A stretch of 64,000 nt of DNA, from the NCBI GenBank assembly GCA_918797485.1, contig CAKKNE010000005.1, forward strand, positions 3,410,001 to 3,474,000. Reading direction: 5' to 3'. Of this stretch, positions 42,952 through 53,335 are shown piece by piece. The first letter of the stretch is position 1; each line of letters starts with the position of its first letter. The translations under genes and the position numbers were made by a program. Source of the DNA: Pelagomonas calceolata (taxonomy: Eukaryota). A model generated the notes under the pieces. It saw only the letters and a list, made by a program, of their open reading frames with translations, did not search any database and had not been told where the DNA came from.

Positions 42952-45900
42952 CTACAGCCAGAACCCCTTGCCGTCCGGCAGCTCGACGTCGACACGATCC
43001 AAAGCCGCCAGCACGTCGCGGCGCACGCTTGGATCGAGTTTACGGGAAGTGCACGGCGGCAGCGCCGCGCACGACGGCAAAGGCCCCTCACCCGACCCAT
43101 CGAAGACCCGCAGCCAGACGGCGTCGCCGTCGTGGCGGATTAATGAAGAAACACAAGCCGCCACGGCGTCGCACACTTTTGTAGATGCGCCCTGCGAAGC
43201 AAGCGCGAGCGCGAAGCCGCTCATCGTTGAAGCCACAGGACCGATCAGGTCGTCCAAATCACGCCGCTGCGCGAGCCTAGAGCAGCAATGCAGCGCCGCG
43301 ACCACCACACCTTCCCGCTGAGGAATAGAATCATCATCTTCCAGCAAAGGCGGCCTCAACAATAACTGTAAAGAGGGCCACGCGTCGTCTTTAAATTTAA
43401 AAGCCAGAAAGTCCCCTACACAAAAAGCGAGCACGGCGACGACGTCCAACGCGGCACTCACGCACCGCTGCTGGGCACCTGAAGCGTGATACAAGGCGTC
43501 GCAGGCGTCTCGCGTTGCAGGCAATCTCGCTCGTATAGAGGGCCACACAGCATGAACCAAAGGACGCACCCTATCAGGCACGGCCCGCAGCCTATCACAT
43601 GCATCAGCCAAGACCCCAAACGCCACGGTCTGGACCGCCAGATCATCGGTAGCCACGAAGTACGTAGCTCTTTTAGCTACGTCGCTCAGCAGCGTTTCTT
43701 CCGGAGACGCCTCGGACGGCCCCATCTCGTTGAGTTTGGCGTGGTGCGCCCTATTCCCCAAGAACACCTTTTCCTCGTCCGTCAGCGTCGAGTCTCGCTG
43801 CTCCACCTCTCGTGGAGGTGCGTCCTCCGGAGGCGGGTCGCGCGGCCCGTACTTGTTCAGCTCGTCCATGAGTCGCTTGTAGGAGTCGTCCTGCGCTTTC
43901 TGCCTCGTGGGCCGGTCGCCGAAGTCCCGCAACAGAGGCTTGAGCCAGTCTTCCGTTTCTTCCTGTACGATGCGATCTTCTCCGGGAATATGGGGCACCG
44001 CCCGGACCATCGCCCGCATCAACCTCAAAAACGCCGTCGCGACATGCGTCGAACCGGCGGAGACGCAGTGCGCGTCGACGTCTCTCAGCGCGTTCCGCAC
44101 GACATCTCGTAAAAGAGGGGTGGCGGGCTCGGCCTGGGAGTGCCTCAATAGAACCTCTACTACAGAAGCTGATTTCGCGGCTTGTTCTGGTGTTGCCGCT
44201 CGCCTTAGTTTCCTACAGGCCGCGTCCACCACATAATCCAAGTTCGCGGCCAGTAAGGCAGGTAAAGCTTCTTTAGCGTCATCTGTATCAGTACAAGCGG
44301 CGCACTCGACGAGGGCAGCTAAAGCGGCCTGCCGCGCGTCTGGATTGGTGGAAGCGAGCTGCTCCAGCAGCGGGTATAACGCTCGTCTTAATAAGGCAGC
44401 GAGGGCCTCGGGGCCGCCCCTCGCTGCTGCGAGTCCAGTGCAGGCCGCGAGGGCGCGGCAGAGCTCCGGCGCGGCCTCGTTCGTCGTCGTCGTCGCCAGG
44501 GCCTTCGTCGGCGTCGCAAGGGCCGTGCCATCCCGCAACAGATCCGACGAGACTTCCTCCTCGACAGGATCAACACGAGTCCCCCGCCACGCTTTGGAAG
44601 CGAGGATCTCGTCGGCCGCGTACTCGGCTAGCGCGACGAGCTCACCATTACTTTCGAGCGGCTTCTGATCAAGAGTGACGTCGACCGGTTCGTCGTCCTG
44701 GACGGCGTCGCGCAGCCGGGGCGCCGCCGCTAACGAGGACACGAGATCGGCCAATAAAGACCCAAACTCTTTCGTCAAGCCTCGTAAACAGGCTTCCAGC
44801 GACAAGGTAGGAGCCTTCATCGCCACAAGCCACACGGTCCGCCGCAACGCGTTCCGCGTCGCCTTGGCATGGAGGTGGGCCAATCGAGGCCTTGGATACG
44901 CGGCCCCGAACCGCCCCGCCTCAACGACACGCTTCTCGAAGGTGTCGTGGGCGACTAAACCCTGCGGCGCGCCCAAGGGTGCATCTAAACTTTGCACGCC
45001 AGCATCAGTACCGCGGAGCACGCGGGCCAATCCCTCTAAAGTCGAAAACGCGGCGTCGCCGTCCCAGTGGTTGGAGCGGGTGCCCACGCACCTTCCACTG
45101 GTAAGGTCGAGGGCATCCCTCAAAGCCGCCTCGTCATTTGAACAGGCCAATACTGCAGCGGCCTGCGCGGCCTTCGCGACGTCTTCCGGTGAACTCGTCT
45201 CGACGCTCGCGCGGCGCGCCTCCGAGGCGACGGCGGGGTCCTCGTCGAAACATAAAGCTGCCAGCGTGTCGTTCAGAGCTGCACACGGTCCTAAAAAGGG
45301 TGAGCACGCGTCTTTGATCGACGCGGCGGCCGCGACGCACGCCCGACGCGTTTTCGACGAGGCGTCTCTCCTACATGCGACGAGCATGGCCGGCACGTGG
45401 AACAGGAGCCTTTGTTGCGTCGTTTCTCGCCATATACGAGTGGGCGCGACGCTTACACCAGTGTCCTCGGTTGGCCCGACCCGCGCCTCTTGGATGGCGT
45501 CCTCCACATCACCGCCGCACACCACGACCACCAGACGGGCGCACGCCGTCAGCGCACTACAACGCAGCGCGTCGCTCTCCGCCGGCGTGGGAGGCGCCGC
45601 GGCCGCCGCCCACAAAGGCCCAAATAAACCGGGCAGGAAGCACCTCCACAAATCCCTCTGGAGCTTTGATGGTGTCGCCATGACCATGGCGTCGAGGAGC
45701 TCCACGGCGTTCAAACGCGTTTCACGAGAAGCGCCGCCCTTCACGAGTAGAGCAGTAGCGTGCGCCAGGCCCGCCACGAGCACGCGGCCGTCTGATTCTT
45801 GACCGTTGAGTCGATCCCACACGACAAGCCAGGCCTTGCGGTCCGCACCCGCGGCCGTTTGCGACGACGTGAAGGCGCTCCGCGCAGCGCGTAGCAACGC

Positions 45901-46344
45901 CAGCGTCGCCTCCTCCTTCGACGTGATCCCTTCATCATTTTTATCAGCGAGTCGTAAACTAACACCACCTAATAAACGAGAGACACCGTCAACGCCGGCG
46001 ACCCTCGCTAATGATGGTCCGCACGCCGTGATGGCGGCGGTCGCGCAGCCGGCGGCTGATTCAATTGCCGCGCGCCGCCGCCGGCCGCGCGGCGGTCGCA
46101 AGAGCAACATCGTGGCTGGCAATAGCGCTGCGGGAGCGTCCCGGGGCCGCACGGCGCCCGGCACCGCGAGCGCGCGCGCGAGCCGGCCGCACGCGTCGAC
46201 GGCGGCTACGGATGCGTCCTTCGTGGCGTCGTCCATATCAGCGACTCGTAGCAGGTCTATAGTTGCTTTCGCTGCTGCGGCATTGGCGTCGTCGCGGGCG
46301 GCTGTGGTTGTTGTGAGCTCTGCTGAGGATGTGCTGAGAGCCAT
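42952..46344 (-). CDS. TTI1: TELO2-interacting protein 1 homolog (ARM/HEAT repeats)
   Basis: FLPGLF, LYPLLEQL, NLDYVVD, LVHAVWP, GDFLAFKFKDDAWPSL resemble conserved TTI1 blocks; about 1130 aa. Confidence 0.75.
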   Translation of the reverse strand: MALSTSSAELTTTTAARDDANAAAAKATIDLLRVADMDDATKDASVAAVDACGRLARALAVPGAVRPRDAPAALLPATMLLLRPPRGRRRRAAIESAAGCATAAITACGPSLARVAGVDGVSRLLGGVSLRLADKNDEGITSKEEATLALLRAARSAFTSSQTAAGADRKAWLVVWDRLNGQESDGRVLVAGLAHATALLVKGGASRETRLNAVELLDAMVMATPSKLQRDLWRCFLPGLFGPLWAAAAAPPTPAESDALRCSALTACARLVVVVCGGDVEDAIQEARVGPTEDTGVSVAPTRIWRETTQQRLLFHVPAMLVACRRDASSKTRRACVAAAASIKDACSPFLGPCAALNDTLAALCFDEDPAVASEARRASVETSSPEDVAKAAQAAAVLACSNDEAALRDALDLTSGRCVGTRSNHWDGDAAFSTLEGLARVLRGTDAGVQSLDAPLGAPQGLVAHDTFEKRVVEAGRFGAAYPRPRLAHLHAKATRNALRRTVWLVAMKAPTLSLEACLRGLTKEFGSLLADLVSSLAAAPRLRDAVQDDEPVDVTLDQKPLESNGELVALAEYAADEILASKAWRGTRVDPVEEEVSSDLLRDGTALATPTKALATTTTNEAAPELCRALAACTGLAAARGGPEALAALLRRALYPLLEQLASTNPDARQAALAALVECAACTDTDDAKEALPALLAANLDYVVDAACRKLRRAATPEQAAKSASVVEVLLRHSQAEPATPLLRDVVRNALRDVDAHCVSAGSTHVATAFLRLMRAMVRAVPHIPGEDRIVQEETEDWLKPLLRDFGDRPTRQKAQDDSYKRLMDELNKYGPRDPPPEDAPPREVEQRDSTLTDEEKVFLGNRAHHAKLNEMGPSEASPEETLLSDVAKRATYFVATDDLAVQTVAFGVLADACDRLRAVPDRVRPLVHAVWPSIRARLPATRDACDALYHASGAQQRCVSAALDVVAVLAFCVGDFLAFKFKDDAWPSLQLLLRPPLLEDDDSIPQREGVVVAALHCCSRLAQRRDLDDLIGPVASTMSGFALALASQGASTKVCDAVAACVSSLIRHDGDAVWLRVFDGSGEGPLPSCAALPPCTSRKLDPSVRRDVLAALDRVDVELPDGKGFWL

Positions 46345-46459
46345 TTTTGCTAGGCGTGCGTGCTGCGCGCGATCGATGCCGGCCGTTTGGCGAGCCCTGC
46401 GCTGCTCTGAGGCAACGTCAGATGCACAGCGCGCCTTTTTTTCGCGCGCGCCGTGCACA

Positions 46460-46481
46460 CTAGCGTCATGTAACACACTAG
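46460..46481 (-). promoter_or_regulatory. Upstream element copy 6 (ctagtgtgttacatgacgctag)
   Basis: Centre of the TTI1/FKBP divergent spacer. Confidence 0.7.
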
Positions 46482-46583
46482 CCTGCTCTGCGCAGCCCAA
46501 AAATCCGAGCCATTGCGCAGCCTACAGCGGGTTAGCGCTCTAATAAAAGCCACATTTCGTGCTTACAACGACCCAGCACAGCC

Positions 46584-47218
46584 ATGCGAGCACTGCTGTT
46601 GCTCGCCGCGAGCGCTCGCGCGCTGACAACCAGCAGCAGGCGGCGTTTCGGCCTCGGTGCCGCGAGTGCCGCAAGCGCTGCAGCACTAGCGCCCGCCCAG
46701 CCCGCAGCCGCAGCGGTACGCGAGGGCTCGACGAAGTCCGGTCTAAGATTTAGAGTCGAGGTCGAGGGCTCCGGCGACACACCAAAACGCGGCCAGCAGG
46801 CGCTGCTCGATTACGTGCTACGCGTGGGCGTCGACGGCAAGCCGCCGCTCTACGCTCGTCGCCGCGTCGAACCATGTCTCTCTCCGATGCGACGCCATCG
46901 GTGCGATTTCTTATCACGCAGGTCGACGGCACCAAACAAACTTTTCCCGCGCGCCCGCAGCAGTTCACGCTCGGCGTCGGCGCGCAGATCCCCGGCTTCG
47001 ACGAGGCCGTGCTTGACATGAAGGTCGGCGAGACGCGGACCGTGATCGTGCCGCCCAAGTTGGGGTACGGCGCAAACGGTACCGAGGGTTTCGACGACAA
47101 GATTCCCAAGGACGCGACGCTGATCTACACGCTGGAGTTGAAGTCACTCTTGCCGTTCGCTCCTACGGATGCTCAGCAGAAGTGGATTGCGGACCACCCG
47201 AACCCGTGGGAAATGTAG
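46584..47218 (+). CDS. FKBP-type peptidyl-prolyl isomerase, probably thylakoid lumen; intron about 46830-46921
   Basis: Signal peptide, twin-Arg SRRR and AxA cleavage site; QIPGFDEAVLDMKVGETRTVIVPPKLGYG...IPKDATLIYTLEL. Donor at 46830 or 46824. Confidence 0.88.
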
Positions 47219-47388
47219 TAGTGATCAATTAAAATTCGTTTCGTATACAGTGGCACGCGATCTACGCCGCGGCTCCGCACACCTCTCTCCGAACGCGGTC
47301 GCGGCCGCGGAGCGCAAAACTCCGCGGCCGGTCATGGGCGCGTCAGGAGATCTAGCTGGCAGAGCCGCAGTCGGAGCGCGCCCTAGCC

Positions 47389-48303
47389 TCAGCCGCCTGG
47401 GCCACAGGAGGTGCCCGGAGCGCATGCGCCGGGGATGGAGCTCCGGACGAACTCGGCGATGGCCTGGAGCACGTCGGGCCCGCCCAGGTCGTGGCCGCCG
47501 GCGTGGTTTTTGGAAACGACGGACGCGCCGCCCTGCACGAGCAGGTCGCGCGCCCAGCCGCTCGCGACGGCCGGCAAGACGGGGTCGCTCGCGCCGTGCG
47601 TCATGAGCACGCGCATGCCGCGGTGGCTCGGGAGCCGCTGTGCCCACTGGTCGACGACCAGCGGCGCCCCGGACATGAACAGGACGCCCGCGGGGTTCCG
47701 GTCGCCCTGGAGCGCCACGTCCAAGGCCGTGATGGCGCCCTGGCTGAAGCCGCCGAGCACGACCCTATCTAAACCCACGCCGCCCATCCTGCAGACGTCA
47801 TCAATCAATGATTGCATCTGCACGCGGCACTCCTTCAGACCGACGGGCTCGTCCCTGATGGCGGCGGCGACGCCGGCGCCGCCCGGCCCCTGCTGGCTCA
47901 GCGTCATGAACTTCATCACATCAAGCTGCCACCAGGCCGTCTGCATCAGCGGGTGCTCGGGCGCCTGCGGAAACACGAAGAGGACGCGTTTTCCTGGAAT
48001 GCGCAGCATCGGCGCCAGCGACGCGAGGTCGCTGTTGCTCGCCCCGAGGCCGTGCAGCAGGATCACCGCCAGATCTACGTTATTCGTGTCGCCCTTGACC
48101 AGGCACTCGTAGCCGCCGAGCGTCTGCGCGCCCGGCGTTTGTGGTGTGCTGGGCACGCTCGCGAGGCGCTGCTGGGCTTCTGTTGCTTTTGCTCTCAAAT
48201 CGCTCTTTTCCACACAGCCGGCGGTACTGAGCCCTGCCGCGCCGATCAATGCTTTGAGCTGTTTGATGCTCAAGGCGTTCACGTCTGCTGTTTTGTGCTC
48301 CAT
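47389..48303 (-). CDS. Phospholipase/carboxylesterase (acyl-protein thioesterase-like) with N-terminal SAP-like motif
   Basis: LLHGLGA, FPQAP, GGFSQGA, HGASDPVLP, GGH; N-terminal LSIKQLK...GCVEKSDL. Confidence 0.88.
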   Translation of the reverse strand: MEHKTADVNALSIKQLKALIGAAGLSTAGCVEKSDLRAKATEAQQRLASVPSTPQTPGAQTLGGYECLVKGDTNNVDLAVILLHGLGASNSDLASLAPMLRIPGKRVLFVFPQAPEHPLMQTAWWQLDVMKFMTLSQQGPGGAGVAAAIRDEPVGLKECRVQMQSLIDDVCRMGGVGLDRVVLGGFSQGAITALDVALQGDRNPAGVLFMSGAPLVVDQWAQRLPSHRGMRVLMTHGASDPVLPAVASGWARDLLVQGGASVVSKNHAGGHDLGGPDVLQAIAEFVRSSIPGACAPGTSCGPGG

Positions 48304-48456
48304 TTGCTTGTTCTGGCTGCACGACTGGCGTTTTGGCACCCCGTCCGCTGTGAGCGCTGCGTGAATGCCCCTCTTTTCCTCCTTGCGCAACGTCGCACCT
48401 GGCTAGGCTGTCTGTGCGACCACGCGACACGAAGCTGCTCGATTATAGAAAAGCGG

Positions 48457-48479
48457 CTAGCGTTCCTGTAAGGCACTAG
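48457..48479 (-). promoter_or_regulatory. Upstream element copy 7 (ctagtgccttacaggaacgctag)
   Basis: Divergent spacer between ATGs 48303 and 48711. Confidence 0.65.
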
Positions 48480-48710
48480 CCAGCCAAAACTCACCACAGC
48501 ATAGGGTTTCAGGGTGTGGGAGCGCCCCTCGGGCCAGTTGGGGACGTTTTGGGGAAGGCCCGCAGCACACACATCGCTCCCCTGGGCCGCGCCCGCCGCG
48601 CGCCCACCGCCGGCACACCGGAACGGTGCTGGTGCTCTCTGAGACCTCAGTTGTCGACGCCGCGGCCCCGGCGCCGCCGCGGGCCCGCCCCCGGACAAAA
48701 CCAAAGGACA

Positions 48711-49472
48711 ATGGACGGCGAGCATTTCCTCCAGGTCGTCAGCCGGCGGCTCGGCCTCGCGCCGCCGATGCACCTGAGCAAGACGCCGGCGGCCCGCGAT
48801 TTGCACGCCATTGCCGAGCTGCTGGCGGCACGGGCGCCGCTGGGCGTCGCCCTCGTATTAGACGCGGCTTCGCAGCACCTCGGCGGCCTCGTCTTGGATG
48901 CGCGGCACCGCGTCTGCGCCGACGCGTTCACGCCGCGGTCGGTGCGCCAGGAGCTGCGGGCCGCCGGCAGCGAGGCGGCCGCGGCCGAGGCCGTCGCGAA
49001 CGTGGCCGTCGAGGCCATGGCCGAGGCGCGCTTCCGGCACGGCCCCGCCGCGCGCGTCGCCGTGCTCGTGTTGCGCGTCGGCGAGTACGACGTCATCGCG
49101 GCCGTCGAGGGCGTCGCGGCCGTGCCGCGGCCGGTGGCGCCGCCGGCGTCGTCGGACACGCGCGAGCTCGTCCTCTGGCGGCCGACCCCCACCACGCAGC
49201 CGCCGCGGACGCGGTGGACCATCCCCGTCGCGCCCGTCGAGCTGCCGCCGCCGCCGCCGCCGGCCGCCGTGACGCCGCCTTCGAGCCGCGCGCTGACGCC
49301 GGTCCGGGCCAAGCGCCGCTTCGTCGACGGCGACGGCGACGCGCGCGCGAGCAAGCGGCCGATGCGCTCGTGCGTCAACCGCTTCTTCGCCAGCGCGCCG
49401 GGCAAGCGGTCCCGGAGCCGGAGCCCCTCGCCGAGCCCGCGCAAGAGGCGCTTGAGTGCAATGTCCCCCTGA
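48711..49472 (+). CDS. Hypothetical protein (Pro-rich, basic C-terminus)
   Basis: ATG after an A-rich leader; GC3-rich codons. Confidence 0.55.
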   Translation: MDGEHFLQVVSRRLGLAPPMHLSKTPAARDLHAIAELLAARAPLGVALVLDAASQHLGGLVLDARHRVCADAFTPRSVRQELRAAGSEAAAAEAVANVAVEAMAEARFRHGPAARVAVLVLRVGEYDVIAAVEGVAAVPRPVAPPASSDTRELVLWRPTPTTQPPRTRWTIPVAPVELPPPPPPAAVTPPSSRALTPVRAKRRFVDGDGDARASKRPMRSCVNRFFASAPGKRSRSRSPSPSPRKRRLSAMSP

Positions 49473-49487
49473 TAAGATATGTTATAG

Positions 49488-51716
49488 TTACATGCGACGC
49501 ACGACCGTCGCCGCGTAGACGGGCTGGCCGCCCGCGCCGCCCGCGACCGCGGGCGCCACCGGCGCGGAGGCGCCTTTGCGTGCCTTCCTCGCAATCAAGG
49601 AGCCGCATATAATGCCCCCGAAGATGACCCAAATGAGAATCACCCACCAGTTGTCCTTGGCCCAGGTGTTCGGCATCTTTTCGTACTTGAAGTGCTTGGC
49701 AACCATGTCGTCGCAGGCGAGCGCGACGGACCCCGCCGCGAGGCCCGGCGAGGAAAGCTCGAGGGCCGCCGGGTCGTAGGTGGCGGGCGGCGTCTTCTCG
49801 CAGAGGCACACGTTGCGGCGGTGGCCGTACTTCACGCGGACGTCCAGCTTCCCGCCGTCCGGGTGGTCCTTCTCCGACTTCATCGTCGCCGGCGGCGGCA
49901 GGGGGTAGCGACCGGTGCCGCAACTCTTGTCGTCGAGGGCCTCTTTGCGGTTGATCCAGCCTGTCTTCCACTTCTTGCACTCGCCGTTGTCCCAGCACTT
50001 CTTCTTCGTATTCCACTCGTTGTCCACCAGCACGGTGCACCGCTCGGAGATGGCGCAGCCGCCGCCGTCGTCCGCAGTCCCCCACATGCCGGTGTCGGCG
50101 GCGACGACGGTGCCGTTGTCGCCGGGGCAGCTGTTGAACGACGCGGCGCCCGCGCCGCCGCCGGAAAAGTGGCCCGTCCAGCCCCACCAGTCCGGCTGCC
50201 AGAAGCGGTCTCTCAGCAACTCCAGCTCGAGCTTGGTCCGCGGGCACGCCAGCGTGCCGCCGCCCGCCACGTCCGGGAAGAGGTCGCGGCAGTGGGCGAC
50301 GCAGTCCGAGATGTTGCTCGCGGAGCGGTCGAGGTCGTAGCGGTAGAAGTCTTCCGCCCAGACGTATGCGTCCGCGTACGTCGCCCAGGCCGTGCCATCG
50401 ACGGAATTCACGCCGTAGAGCTTTCGCTGAAACCGGAAACCGTGGTAGCGCGGCGGCGGCGGCGCGCAGGCCGCCCAGTAGTCGCCCCCACTCTCCGCGA
50501 CGTGGCCGCCGTAGAGTCCCGGGGACCGCGCGAGGTAGCGTAAGAAGTAGGGCCGTGTGGCGTCGTCGCACCTATCCATGTCCCATGGTTTTCTATTGCC
50601 ATTCCAATGTAAAGCAAAGGCGTCGTCCAGAGTTTTCGTGTCGCGGTCCGCGTAGACCCACGGCGTGACGCCGAGACCTTGCTCGAAGCGCACGTCATCA
50701 TTGTCTTCGAAGCATTCGACCTCGCCCCTCAAAGCTAAAAATGGCAGGCCCAGCCCGAACGCGAGGGAGTCGCTAGGCCAGAACTCGCGCCGGTAGTTGG
50801 CCTCGAGCCAGCCATGATATTTCGCCGTGAGCTGGTGCTGCTTCCACGTGTCGAGATCGATCACCACGAGCCCAAAGTTCCAAGCGCGGGTGTTGTATAA
50901 CTCGTCGACGAACGCGTTCCCCTCGTCAGGTGAAGGGTCCGCCGGGAACGCGTCGTCGCCGATCGCGGCGAGGCGCCGGAGGAACCGCGGCCACGATGCG
51001 CGCCTCGCGACGGCTTGGTCGGTGCGCGCCACCTCGGCGAACCACTGCCGCGCGTCGCCGGGAACGCACTCCGTGGCGCCCTCGTGCGAGCAGCTAGGGT
51101 CGTCGCCCGCCGACAAAACGCCAAAGCCGAAGTAGGGCACGTCCGCATACGTCAAATCCGTCGAGGACTTGAACTCACCCTCGTGCCCGACGTACCACTG
51201 TTGGCAACCGGCCGCCACGGCCTTATTTCGTGTGGTCAAGGTCGTGACGTCTCCTTGGACGATGACATCGTCGTCGAGCATCACGAGCGTCTCTCCCTCG
51301 ATGAGTTGAGGCGCGTAGAAGCGGGCGTGGTTGTACGGCGACGTATGCTTCTCGTCGCGGTCCCAGGGCGCGACGGGTACGGCGTACGTAGATTTCGACC
51401 GCTCGACCTTAGAGAGCGCCGTCGTCCACATGGGCTCCTCGCCGACGCGCGTCCGGACTAGCGTTTCAAACTCCGCGAGGCCGTACGGCAGCACGACCGC
51501 GCCGTCGCACGCCGTTTCTGTTGCCGTCGCGAGCGTCTGAGCGGCCTCTTTTGTGGGTGCGAGGAGGTGAAGGCGCAACGCGGTCGGCTGGCTGTTATCA
51601 CAGACCGAGTTCAAGACTGCCGCCGACGCTGCCATGCGGTCCGAGGCCAAGAACACGTCGACCCGGTCGCCGCGGACGGCCGTCGCCGCCGTGGCTAGTG
51701 CGAGGAGGAGCTTCAT
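49488..51716 (-). CDS. Glycosyltransferase family 8 (GAUT/GATL-like) with signal peptide, extra Cys-rich domain and C-terminal TM
   Basis: NHARFY, LDDDVIVQGD, WNFGLVVIDL, LGLPFLAL, LHWNGNRKPW; TM WWVILIWVIFGGIICGSLI. Confidence 0.85.
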   Translation of the reverse strand: MKLLLALATAATAVRGDRVDVFLASDRMAASAAVLNSVCDNSQPTALRLHLLAPTKEAAQTLATATETACDGAVVLPYGLAEFETLVRTRVGEEPMWTTALSKVERSKSTYAVPVAPWDRDEKHTSPYNHARFYAPQLIEGETLVMLDDDVIVQGDVTTLTTRNKAVAAGCQQWYVGHEGEFKSSTDLTYADVPYFGFGVLSAGDDPSCSHEGATECVPGDARQWFAEVARTDQAVARRASWPRFLRRLAAIGDDAFPADPSPDEGNAFVDELYNTRAWNFGLVVIDLDTWKQHQLTAKYHGWLEANYRREFWPSDSLAFGLGLPFLALRGEVECFEDNDDVRFEQGLGVTPWVYADRDTKTLDDAFALHWNGNRKPWDMDRCDDATRPYFLRYLARSPGLYGGHVAESGGDYWAACAPPPPRYHGFRFQRKLYGVNSVDGTAWATYADAYVWAEDFYRYDLDRSASNISDCVAHCRDLFPDVAGGGTLACPRTKLELELLRDRFWQPDWWGWTGHFSGGGAGAASFNSCPGDNGTVVAADTGMWGTADDGGGCAISERCTVLVDNEWNTKKKCWDNGECKKWKTGWINRKEALDDKSCGTGRYPLPPPATMKSEKDHPDGGKLDVRVKYGHRRNVCLCEKTPPATYDPAALELSSPGLAAGSVALACDDMVAKHFKYEKMPNTWAKDNWWVILIWVIFGGIICGSLIARKARKGASAPVAPAVAGGAGGQPVYAATVVRRM

Positions 51717-52096
51717 GTAGTACTGGCTGTGCTGCCCAATTCTTGGGTTGCAACCCCTTGGCCTGGTTCTGGGCAGCCCTTCTTTGGGCTACTCAATGGC
51801 CTCCGATGATAGGACTCTCTCGTGAAGTCCCGTACCTGGCCAGCGCGGCGTGCGTTGCGGGCGCGCTGCATCAACTGAACACAGAGAGCAAGTCGTGGCT
51901 AAATCGGGACGGATTCGTCTGCGAAGCTACAGCGAGTCCCAGGCCCTCCCCGATGGCCTCCATCCCCCGCGAACACGGTTATGGCATCATCTAGCTCGCA
52001 GGTTGCTTGTTCCCAGACTCAAACACAGCGCAGGTGGCTGCCTCGCTCTGGTACCATCAGATCTGCGGAGAGACGGGATAGCACTCACTGCAGCCA

Positions 52097-53023
52097 ATGG
52101 CAAGTGTAGCCCCGGATGTCGTGGTCGCGGGCACGGTGGTGGCAGCCCCTCAGGGCGGCGTCGTCGCCGGCACGGTCGTCGGCGCGACGGGCCACCCGGC
52201 GCTGCTGGCGCTGCCCCCGGGCGTCGAATACGTCCGCGCGCGAAACGTACCATTTGCGCCGCTCCTGCCGACGGACGCGGTGGTCGACGTCTTCGCGCTC
52301 GACCGCGCCATGTTCGACGCCGCCAACGCGGCCAAGCGACGAGTGCACCTCTGCAACGGCGCTCCGGGCACGCTCGACATCGATCCATCGGTCTGCGTGG
52401 CAATTGGCGGGCCGTGCACTCCACCGTGGACTGCGCACTTTATCGTGTTTTGTCCTTTGGTGTTTATACCCCAGATATGCAACCTCATCTACAAGCATAA
52501 GGACATGGACTTTCCGCCCTGGGCGGACCACGCGCTGATTGTGACCGACAGGGGCGTCGTCGGCCGGAGGGGCATGCGGCCCGACCGCGACCGCGGCAGC
52601 GAGCGGAGCCACTACGTACGTGACGTCAACGCCATCGCCTGGGATGGGTTCGACGTCGACAAAATAGAAGTGCGACGCTACGCCGAAGACAAGGACTGCT
52701 ACTGGAACTGTGATAAGCCGCCGGGGCAACCCGACCCGCTCTCCTACGCCTTTGGCTTCGGCCTCCTCGCGCCCTGGTGCTGGAAGGTCGTACGGAACCC
52801 GACGACGCCTGGCCTCTACCGCGCGAAAATCGCGAGCGACCACACGACAACGGTGACGACCGGCGCTGGCCAGCAGAAACGTTCGACCAGGTACAACACC
52901 GCTCAAATCAGCCTAATAGCGCTGGCGCGGTCGCCGGACGATTTGGTCGCGTCGCTCCGCGCGGCCAAAGCCAAGTACACAGCGCCCGCGGCGGCCGCGA
53001 TGGAGCGGTCGGATGCTCCGTAA
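52097..53023 (+). CDS. Hypothetical membrane protein
   Basis: 308-aa ORF with hydrophobic, Cys-containing segments. Confidence 0.6.
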   Translation: MASVAPDVVVAGTVVAAPQGGVVAGTVVGATGHPALLALPPGVEYVRARNVPFAPLLPTDAVVDVFALDRAMFDAANAAKRRVHLCNGAPGTLDIDPSVCVAIGGPCTPPWTAHFIVFCPLVFIPQICNLIYKHKDMDFPPWADHALIVTDRGVVGRRGMRPDRDRGSERSHYVRDVNAIAWDGFDVDKIEVRRYAEDKDCYWNCDKPPGQPDPLSYAFGFGLLAPWCWKVVRNPTTPGLYRAKIASDHTTTVTTGAGQQKRSTRYNTAQISLIALARSPDDLVASLRAAKAKYTAPAAAAMERSDAP

Positions 53024-53143
53024 TGTAGGGCGCGTCGTTTAGCTTAATTCGTTTCCATACTGAGTGCGGCTCTATTGTTATGGTGCTGGGACTAGTGGGC
53101 GGAGCCCCTGGGGGGAGACACGCGCGTTTACAAGTAGAACCGG

Positions 53144-53165
53144 CTAGTGTCTTACATGCCGCTAG
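53144..53165 (+). promoter_or_regulatory. Upstream element copy 8 (ctagtgtcttacatgccgctag)
   Basis: 171 bp upstream of ATG 53336. Confidence 0.7.
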
Positions 53166-53335
53166 CAGCGGGTGTGGGCAGCGCGCGCAGTTCATGCCAG
53201 TACGGGCCCAGCAGCTGTTTAGCAGACGGTAGCTACGTATTAGATCGGGCCAGTCGCGAGCGAGGATCTATAGTGCGCGACACGCTCCTCAGCTGTCAGC
53301 CTGCTTGGCACCTAGCCTGCAGGCTAGCGCAAAAC

